A stretch of 64,000 nt of DNA from Phallusia mammillata (Eukaryota). The notes beneath the pieces are model-generated. The model was not told the DNA's origin. It was given only the letters and a program-made list of their open reading frames with translations, and did not search any database. The translations under genes and the position numbers were made by a program. This document shows, piece after piece, positions 36,411 through 46,694 of this stretch. Numbering within the stretch: the first letter of the stretch is position 1; every line of letters starts with the position of its first letter. The stretch covers positions 7,626,001 to 7,690,000 of the forward strand of contig OZ281500.1 in NCBI GenBank assembly GCA_965637545.1, in the 5' to 3' direction.

Positions 36411-37528
36411 TGGGTATTAAATTAAATTTCTGAAGTTGACTATTGCCTATTTGCAATAGGTTTGGTTTTGCATCATACAAACACTGCCACATGACAAGAC
36501 ACATTTTTTTACATCTTCTTCAGGGTGAGAATGCTTGGGCAAAGTTATGGCTTACTTTTATGTCCATATTGCAAACAACCTTGTTTTAGTTGTTATTCAC
36601 AAAGGAATAAATCAGGAGATGACTTTTTCTGTGTAATTTTATCAAAGAATGACGCAATTAAGAGTGTCGGATTTAGAGCAACACAGTTGAAACGTATACT
36701 CTTATTTTTTCCAAGTTTATTAGTTTTCATGGTGCATAAATTGAAAAATTGATGTTTAAAACTGATACTGGTGTGTTTTTTATCCTTGTTTGGACATTAT
36801 ACGGACAAATCCGGTTTATCGCCGAAGCAATTATTTCAAGGTTTCTATGCGATTAACCGTAATATGCGATAAACGGTCAGACGTTCAAACAGTACACGTT
36901 GTTAACAAAAGTACAAATTGACACTTTTCAAAGAAACGCAGAGCTACAAGAACGTTACCTATCTGTAGCAATAGAGATGCTGGTTTAGTTTTTTGTAACC
37001 GAAAACAGAACAAATGCTTTCTTAAAAGGCAAAATTAACGCTAACAACGAAGAATGTGATGTCATGCTTCCTAATTATCGTGGGAATGTTGCAACAGCCC
37101 TTGTGTTTTGTAGAAACATCGGCAATTTACACCCTATCTACAATATGGTTCCCACGCCTTACTACGCATTTGTTGCATTGTCCACTTTGAAGTGCATCGA
37201 TCAAACAGTATGAATGTTGGTCACTTTTCGCTTTATTTGGAATTTTTCTTTTGCAGTCGGATTGGTCTTAATGTTGTGTCTCGTCGCATTATAGTCCACC
37301 AACAAGGGAGAGCAGATCTAAGAGAGATTAGAAAAAAAGACTACAGTTAAAAAGATAATACATGTGGTTATCGTTATCTTTTTTGGTCGAACTTGCTTTA
37401 AAAACGGTTTGTTCGAGTACTGTTTTGGTGCTTCAGACGAGCTGTTGGAGATTTCCGTTGCATATTTCGACCTAATTTTCCCCACTGGCCACATCTCATC
37501 GATCATCGACGTTTGCTATACTATAGGT

Positions 37529-37993
37529 CAGGGGTCACCAACCCTATGCCCCAGTCGCCCGCGGACCGGTTCTCGAAATGGCTGGTTACCTATTTAGTTT
37601 TCACAAAATGCTGCGCCATATAAAGATTGTATTAAAAGTGATGTAAGACGTTTATCTAACCATGGTCGATTATTATTAATTAACAAAGCATCCTGACATT
37701 CGACTGTTACGTCATACGCGCGGTAATAAATGTGAGTTAGTGAACAAATTCGTATTTCGTTTCCAAAAATGTTGTAGACCAGGGGTCTCAAACACGCGGG
37801 CCACATGCGGCCCTCTATGAGTTTTTCTTCGAACCACGAAGCATTTAAAATTAAAATATGGGCTTGACATTTCATATGAACACATTGTTTCAACATGTTT
37901 ATAAGTTACTTGTTTATGTTTTGAACTGGTAGCCCTCGAACCATTTGGTTATCTTAAGGTAGCCCTCGGGTTTCAAAAGGTTGGTGACCCCTG
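37529..37993. mobile_element. Composite hAT (Buster-type) MITE
   Basis: TIRs caggggtcaccaacc / ggttggtgacccctg; perfect TSD CTATAGGT (37521-37528, 37994-38001); a second internal left end caggggtctcaaac at 37780. Confidence 0.85.
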
Positions 37994-38794
37994 CTATAGG
38001 TACTCTTTGTATGTTTCTTCTGCTGTAAAATCAGCTGCTGTTTTTGATTAAGCGGTTAAACGGGCAATGTATAGTGTGTTTGAATATATTTTTGGCCTAC
38101 AAGTCGAATGTAGCCTACAATTGTTTTCTTTTATTACTACGTCGGCAAAACAAGAATCTATAAAAAAATCTTTTTGAGCATTGAAGCAATCTGTATTATA
38201 AAAGCCGTGAATTAAAAAAAAAATAGAAAATGAAAGACAACCGACTTGCAAAAACAAAATGTTGCCTATTTTTTAGCACAAAATAAGTAACGCACGAAAA
38301 AACTGCAACAACTCGTAAAATCTCATTCTGCGATCATCCTACCAGCACCATATCTTGCGTTTATATGTTTGTGCCGTATTTGGCTTGAGCGCGCAGGGGC
38401 CCATACCACTTTATAATACAAATATATCTTTAACCGTAGATCTGTGTTACAACACCATGGCAAAAGTTAGATGTCGAAAAGAAATTGTGGGGTAAATAAT
38501 AATTTTCTTGGCGGGTAAAAGCACAAGAAATTCGTCATGCATCGCAGTAATTAATCTCAGCAATTTCATCGTGGTAAATTGGTAGTTACAACATATTTGC
38601 CAGAAAATGTTGATTTCTACCAATTCCCGCTTTTTCTCACTACTACTTGTGATAATGCGTTGTGTGACGTAACAATTAACTGTCAGTTTTGTCTCATAAC
38701 GCAAGGTGTTTAGTTCTTTTTGTTCCTTCCTTCCGCAGAGTGCGATGCTACATCGGTTGCATTGAAAAGGTATGTTTTGGCGTGTACTGTAGAT

Positions 38795-39939
38795 CAGGAC
38801 TTCTTAAACTGTGGGTCGCGACTAGGGTTTCTCTCCCGGGATCCCGGGAATCCCGGACAATTTTAGCAAAAAATTCTATCCCGGGATTTTTTCTCAAAAA
38901 TTGAATGCTTTTTTAGTTGCACTCTTCAACCAGAGGTGCGACATCCACTGGGTTTCCGTGAATTAAAGTGTTCACCGAGGTTTCTTGCAACAATTCAAAC
39001 AGGAATGATAAATAGTTCTGCTGTTGCGAACATTACAACAGTGTTAGAACCCACGTTATAGAACCCAGTTAGTCAAATTCGCGCTATAGCTCTCCAGTTG
39101 GTAAAAATCTGGCAATTTGTAAAATTCCAAGACGGCGGTGTGGTTATAGCGCCATCGACGTGTGTCACAAGGTTGTGGGTTCTAATCCTATCTCAGTAGC
39201 TGGAACCTGATGGGTTGAACTAAATTGGACTTACCAACTGACTAATTTGAAAACTGATTTCAACTTAAAAAAAATATTCAATTTACTTAGAAAATAACAG
39301 GCTGCTCTACGGTGGCCTTCTGAACATATTGCATTGATGCTTTGCCGGCCCACTAGAAATAAAAATGAAACAAACAAACTAATATTATAAATTTAACAAA
39401 AATCGAATAAAATCCCGGGATCCCGGGATTGAGGTTGTTTTTGTCCCGGAATCCCGGGATAAGCCAAAGTGGCAAATTTGAGAAACCCTAGTCGCGACCC
39501 CAATTGGGATCGCGTAATATAATTTTGGGGTCGCGAAACATTATGGGTTATTATGTCAGTCACAATAAATGGTATACGTGCGTACATTTATTGATTAAAC
39601 ATCATTCCCGTGTATGCAAACTGCTCTAAACACATTTTATAGAACTTAAAAGAGTATTACCAGCCTATTAGCCATATGCGCCAGACTTTTTTTATGCATA
39701 TTGTGTGCAAACAATGCGAAAAGGCAGATACCACAAGCGTCACAATATAGATCATGACGTCATAAAAACTAAGACTGTCAATCTGTGTCAACTTAGAAAT
39801 TAATTTAGTTTTTTTAGGCGCCATTAGATGGCATACATATAAAATATAAGTATTTCTTTACATCATACCCATCAAGGGGTCGCGTAGAAATTTCTGTTTT
39901 AAAATGGGGTCGCAGAGCAAGAAAGTTTGAGTAGCCCTG
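38795..39939. mobile_element. hAT (Buster-type) MITE carrying a nested element
   Basis: Termini caggacttcttaaact / agtttgagtagccctg; perfect TSD CTGTAGAT (38787-38794, 39940-39947). Confidence 0.85.
38823..39490. mobile_element. Ac-type hAT MITE nested in 38795-39939
   Basis: TIRs tagggtttctc / gagaaacccta; perfect TSD GTCGCGAC (38815-38822, 39491-39498); subterminal cccgggatcccggg arrays at both ends. Confidence 0.88.
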
Positions 39940-40808
39940 CTGTAGATGATTGTTACTGGTGTGTCACTTTGTATGCATATATATTTTTCGACTCCTAAAA
40001 GTCAATGATTTAAATAGTGAACTATAATCAATATGAGTTTAACTGCGATAACCTAATATTTGCTATAGTTGTCCTGTTCTTCTAGTTTGATTTATGCCAC
40101 ATGTATTTTGTTCACGTAGTGTTCTTAATTGTGCGATACCTTCACCTGAAGCGTGAACTCTACACATACAGTCGCCCAACACAGCTTTGGTTACGATTGT
40201 GAGCAACGTTTAAGTTTGTGACATGTCTTTGTGTAAAAACCGTTACTTTTCGTCTCTGCATTTTGACCTGTTCGCCTAAACAACATTTATAACAGGTTTC
40301 TGTGTGGAGAGTTTGTTGAAGGCCGTTTCGATGTTCGTTTTAATAAACCCCCGTGTGACGTTCCGCGCTCTGGACCGTGGCGCGTTCACGGACGTTATTG
40401 GTCGTGGTAAATTCAAAAGTAATAATTGCGTCGCAGCAATTTCATCGCGGTAAATTCGTCGTAATAGGTACACATTCAACGCTGCTTTAGGTTTCAAACT
40501 TCGCTTTGACCTGTTTGCATTAGTTGGGATGAAACTGGTTAATGATTTGCTAAACACTGTAACAAGCCTTGTTTAAGGATTTTTTGCAGTTTAGCGTATA
40601 GCGAAACGGACAGAGAATCAGAGATGGAAATGGCTGGAGCAGATCGTTTTTAAATTAAGCTACAAAAGAGTTGAGTTTATTTCGTTAAGTCAAAGCAAAA
40701 CATTAGGAAAAAATACATTGGTTTACGTTATATGTTATAATTTAATCGACCTTGGAACTCTGTAGAAATTTTAACAACTTATGAATTTTTAAATGCTAAA
40801 CTTAAACA

Positions 40809-43800
40809 ATGTTAAGTGGTAAAAATTTGCTGTTAGTTTCTTTGCTGTGTATCACGTTTGCTGTCATAGCGGGAGGCGATAAAGCAGATGGCGATGAAAC
40901 ATATGTCTTGGACAATGGCTGCACTATTACACGAAGACAAGGCAATTCAACAGCACCTCCTATGTAGGTCATAGATGTTCTGCAGCAGTTTTCTGATATG
41001 TAACTTCACTAATATAACGACAAGTTACATGGTCACATTTTGAATCTAAAGTCATGGTCGAAACATAACAGTTTTAGAAACTTACTAAATGTATTTCCAG
41101 ACCATGGTACGGGATGCCCCTGCCTCACCTAAACTGCTCAGGGGCAGGATTGACCAGATTAGATGTTGAAGCTGTGGTCGACGACACAAAGAGCATTACC
41201 TTGTCCTACAATGATATGATTGAATTTCACGTTGACGATTTAAACGGTTTTCCAGTATTGGAGAAAATCGAGCTCAAAGTCAACAACTTAACCAGGGTGG
41301 TTCCCTCAAAAACTCAGGAAGTTTTGAAGTCGGTACGCCACATTTCTCTTACGTGAGTAGAAGCAGTGCTTTACGATTATCCTGTTTTGTTGGGACCAAA
41401 ATTATGAGTTTTTTGCTTAACGGATAAGCATAAAAGGGGGTTCGGTTAAACGCATATCTAATTTGCCAAGTTCATTTTATAGTAGGTGCTGATCAGCACA
41501 TGCGATTAACCTTTTTTCTCAAACAAATGTCTTGGGTTTAAGTTGTGACAATGTGACACATTTATCCTATATAGTACATAACGTCCTTCATCAAGGGAAG
41601 TGATAATAATCGAATGCCAGCAGTAATATAAAGAACCACTGCTGTTTACTGAAATCCACCAACTTAAAAACACACCAATACAAGAATAAACTCATTGCTT
41701 TACTTAGGAACAACAAATTGACTGAAGTTCCCAATGAAGCTTTGAAAAGTTTTCCCAACCTGAGAATCCTTGTTTTGCATAGCAATGCCATCACAAAAAT
41801 TCGAAACCATGATCTCCGTTATAATAAAAAGTTGGAGGTATTCATGTACTTTTGACCAGTTGTTAGTTAAGCTTTGACTTTACTAAGTTCTGCAAACCTT
41901 TTTAGTACTTGTACTTGGGACCAAATCCTATTGAAACTTTCGAAGATGAATTCCTTGCAACTTTAAATCTTACTGGATTAGGTTTGCGTTCGTGCGGTTT
42001 AAGGAAATTACCGACACACTTTTCAAAAATGACAAGTACGTATTACAGCAATTATAAAAAAGCCTACTTTCAACGTTTTCCCAGGAAAGTGTTTAACTTC
42101 TTGCATTTTCATCAGAATTGGTTTATGTGGACATTTCCGTAAACAAAATAACAAGTTTGGGTCCAAACTCCTTTCGAAATTGCCAAAAGCTGCGTTGGCT
42201 GGAACTTGCGTCAAACCAAATACACACCGTTGATGCGTTAGCTTTCAAAGGTGACCAATCCAAATATTACATATCACATATATTTCCGTGTTTGGAAGCT
42301 ATATTCCACCTAAAAAATTGCTTTATTCCAGGTGCATATAACTTAAAGATGATTGACCTTTCGGATAATTTAATCACATTTATTCCAAACAACACGTTTA
42401 ACGACATCAGCAAAGAACGTGTGGAAATTGATTTGTATGAGAATCCAATGACTTGTGATTGCTCAAATGCTTGGTTGAAAGAATGGTACGATAAGGTGAC
42501 TATACTTTGTTTGGGTGTTCTGTTTTGCAAGGAAAAATTTTAAATGCTCTTAGCTTGTGGAACACGATATATCTACCGAACTGCGATTCAGATGTGAACA
42601 ACCTTTGCGAAATCACGAAAAGAAATTTTACCAGCTCCAACTAAGTGATTTAACATGCATGAGTGATGACCAGCAATGGCAAGGTTTGATTTGTTTCTTT
42701 ATTTTCTTCTATGATAAAAAAACGTCTTCAAAATAATTTCCTGATAAAAAATGCATGATGAAGCAGCAAGTTCAGTATAAAAAAGCGTTCTATAAATCGG
42801 ATGGATAGCTGGCCTATTTCACACTTGTGAGTAGGCCTATCATTAGTCTCTTATTCAAATACAGTAGAAGCCTTATTTCTAGCCTGTGGTGAATCCCACA
42901 TTTAAGCCAAACAACAGAAAATGTTGTGATTGTCCATCAGCACTTCATAAAGTGCCGAAAAATTTATCCAGTTCAGTTTTATTTCCGTACATTTTGGCAA
43001 AAAAATGACAAATACTGAACCTCCTGTTTTTGAATCGTTCATCGATGTCAACACGGTGTTTCAAATGCGGTTTGTAAATAACACAGACTGTTCAGCTCCT
43101 GCTCCTTCGCCGCACACACTAGTGACTACCACGGCTAGAGTTGTCGAAAACCGCAATGCTTGTCCCCAAGGTTGCACTTGCTACGATGAAAACGGTCGAA
43201 GATATGCACCACCTCCGAACAAATCTTCAGGAGCTGGTCCACGTACACGAATTCATGGGTTGGAATTTGTTTTTTATCTGATTATGCACTTATAAAACAC
43301 TTTTGACAAATTTATTATCAGGTTGTCCATTTCCTCAGATCCGTTTTTGAAAAGATGTTTTATTTAGATTCGCTTACATGAAATTCGCGAAACTTAGTGT
43401 GAGTTGTATTGGAATTGGGCTGACTCGGATTCCAACTGAAAGTATGCGATCTGATGTACAAATGATAGTTTTGTCGGACAACAACATTTCGACACTGGAC
43501 TTGACGGAATTGAAAAAGTTCAAAGACCTTAATATACTCGACCTCAAACGTAAGTGGTACCAGTGCTGGATTCGGGCATAACATTGAATATAAAACTGTC
43601 TGTGCTGGATACTGATTCACTCTCGTCACTTTTTTGTCGAGATACTCGGCAAATGCCTTGGTAAACTTAACTTTCAAGCCTAATCGGGCTTTATTACAAA
43701 CAAAATTCGGGTTTAGGGGGGCTTTAGGTTTACATTTTACTGTTTGGGCACAATTTGGGACCCGCTTAATAAATAAAAACAAACCTGATTTTTATCAAAT

Positions 43801-45723
43801 CATCAGTCATCCATTAAACTTATCCTTTCTAACAGGAAACGGGATAAAGGAAATTAAAGCTTCCTCCCAAGTAGTATTAAAAGATGTTACCTTGGTAAAT
43901 CTTCGCTTCAACAACCTCACCACAGTAGAGAGCAGTCATTTTCGTTCATTTCCCAACCTTGAAATTGTGATGCTCTACCACAACCAGATAAAACGGTTTC
44001 CCAACAACCTGTTTGTCCACAACCCGTAAGTTTTTGTTTGTTTGTTTTTTCTGCACCCAGTTTCAAGTATTGTTGGTCCATTTCAGGAAACTAAACCGTG
44101 TCTACCTGGGTCCTAACCCCATTGAAAAATTTCAGTTCCACTTTCTTAAAGCACTTGACATTTACAGCTTGTCGCTTCGAAAGTTGTCCTTGAAGTCGGT
44201 TCCACAAGAAATTGCTACGATGGTTATAATACGTTTTATCTTGTGTTACATCTTTTGCTTCATTATTTTCCATGTATCCCGTATTTTTTGCAGAAAAACC
44301 TCACCTATCTTGATTTAAATGACAATCACATTACGTCGCTTCCCAATGAAACATTTTCGAACACGACCGCTCTGTACAGAATAAAAGTAGAAAACAACAA
44401 AATCGAATCAATCGGGGTCAATGCGTTCAAGTAAGTTGGTAAAGACCTAGTGAAAACAGGCTGAGTTGCTAAATTCAGGATTAAACGCATGAGAAATGGG
44501 GAAATTTTTGCTCAAAACGGGCAATTTAAACTAAAAATTGCGATATATTCTTTTCAGTGGTGCAACTCTTCTGCGATTTGTTTATCTTTCTGAAAATAAA
44601 ATCAAGACGCTTCCTGCTGGAATCTTCTCAAACATCAGTCAGGAGAGATTGAAAGTCGAACTGTGGAGCAACCCGATGGTTTGTGATTGCAACCTGAAGT
44701 GGTTCAAGACATGGATTGAGGAGGTAAGTAACGATCTGAACACTCAAACATTCGGAAACTGGCCGAACTAAGATATAGGAACTTGCTTGGTGTGATGCGT
44801 TGATGTTGTTCTATAGGCCGAGGAACGGGATCCAACAACAGACGTTCGATTTATTTGTTCAACGCCATCTCGGGTTCACAATAAAAAATCTGACGAACTT
44901 TCACCAGCAGAATTCTTCTGTAAAGATGCCGATAAAAATGATGATGGATGTAAGTTTCAAAACTGGTAATGCAACAAAAAATGTCAATACCGTGTTGTAT
45001 TTTTAAAAGGGAAGACGACTGTTGATATATTCTGGACACTTTTTATTTAAAAAAAAAACAAGATCCCCCCTTCTGAATTTTGCAACCGTTGCGCAATGTT
45101 TGTAGAATATGGGCTAGTAGTTTTAGAAATACTCGTCAGTAAACTAGACCACTTAAAATACTTGCTAAATATAAGTTAGTGCTGGAAATCTGTTTCGCGT
45201 TACAACTACCCTTTTGTATTAATATGCGCCTTTAATACACTTTGAAACTTTTTTAGTTTCGCTTTTAAAACATTTCTTTGATAACAAATTGCACACTTGT
45301 TTATAAAAATCAGTTTTAAAAATTGTTACCGTCTTGCGGTATCATAACCCTTATCAACATAAAGAAGAAAGAATGATTATTTTTACTTATTGCTTCCTGT
45401 TTAAAGAATGCGGAACATTCTTCTACAATCTACATCAATGGTTCTCAACCTTTTACTGATCGTTTTGACCACTTTATCTATTGCTGCGTACCGCTACCGT
45501 TGAAGCCAAAGTAGTTTCAAAAGTACATTAAAAATGTTTTTCAGTGGCATGTTCAGTCTGCAAGATCCCGGCTGGACCCATCGCTCTCACTGTGCTCCTG
45601 ACATTTGTGGTAACGGCAGTCTGCTGCTGCGTTGTGTGGCGATGTACGTTCAAGAGAAGATACGGCGATTTGATAAAGTACACAAGGGGTAAAGATACAT
45701 ACAGTGAAGTGGACACCATGTAG
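40809..45723 (+). CDS. LRR single-pass membrane receptor, paralog A (15 coding exons): SP-[LRRNT-LRRs-LRRCT]x2-TM-short Tyr tail
   Basis: Signal peptide MLSGKNLLLVSLLCITFAVIAG; LxxLxLxxN repeats; LRRCT ENPMTCDC and SNPMVCDC; TM PIALTVLLTFVVTAVCCCVVW; tail RCTFKRRYGDLIKYTRGKDTYSEVDTM* (TAG 45721-45723). All introns GT-AG and in phase. Confidence 0.85.
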
Positions 45724-46694
45724 CATACAGCACACATTTGTAAATAAACTAGTTGTTGTCGAGATTGTCATTTCTTCGCACGGAAGAGAACTAGAAGACT
45801 GAAGAACATGCAGCCCTACCCTTGTTTCTTTTAATCATTCGTCGTTGGGATTTCAACAGTAACCTTTGCCTTAATTGTAATGTTTTGCGATTTACTTCAT
45901 TGTTGACTTACTACGTTGGTTAAAAATCTCGATTTTATTTGTCAAATCATATTTAAATAATGTTGTACAATAAAAAAATGTATCGTATAGTAGCCGGACC
46001 ACTAAAATGGAATTGATGTCGTTTTAACCTTCAGCGTACAACGTATTTACAAATTTGTTCACGATGGGGAACTTGTACTGAGAAAGTATTGAGTGACAAT
46101 AATAAATAAAGACATGTAAAAAGTGCTGGGTTGTGTTTAAACTGTTTTCATTTTTTAGAAACTCTTTAGTCAAATATTGCAATGAACGGTATTGAGAAAC
46201 GATCCTTGCAGTTCGTATTAGAGTTTAAAGTAACATTGGCTCTACAATTCAAGAAACTAATTAATTTTGCCTTTAAATCCTTAAAACTGCTAATAGAATC
46301 AGCGTTTTTAAGCTCTCTGTTTGCTTTTCACTCAAACTTTGTTGACCTGCTTTGGACGATAACACAGCAGCTTGGTAAATAATTTCCTAACGTGCGTGGC
46401 ACCCATTGGTATTAGTTGGCAAAAAAGGCGCCATGTAGTCAAGTGCAAAGCGATTCGATGTCTGTCAAACAAGACCATCAGTAGTTAATCAACAGATAGT
46501 AACAAGAGCTAACTTTAGACCAAGCGCTATAAAATGTATGACAGAATTTGTATTGGGTGCATATCAGTTGTGTTAAAAATTATACGAGGGCTTACTAAGT
46601 TGTTGCCAAACCTTGCTAACAATAAGCTGCTAGGCTTGTCTGACCTGTATTTGTTTTTACCTTTAAACGCTGGTTATTGAAGTTTTGATACAAA

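Larger units (their letters stand above)
37114..40410 (+). other. Possible unannotated small multi-exon transcript (exons ~37114-37206, 38440-38491, 38739-38769, 40296-40410)
   Basis: Good acceptor/donor pairs (ttttgtag..gtatga; ccgtag..gtaaat; ccttccttccgcag..gtatgt; ataacag) join into one open frame ending TAA 40408-40410. No family recognised. Confidence 0.3.

Noticed and set aside
39126-39200. tRNA gene-like sequence
   Set aside because: The anticodon and acceptor stems do not pair; better explained as one arm of an inverted repeat inside a MITE.
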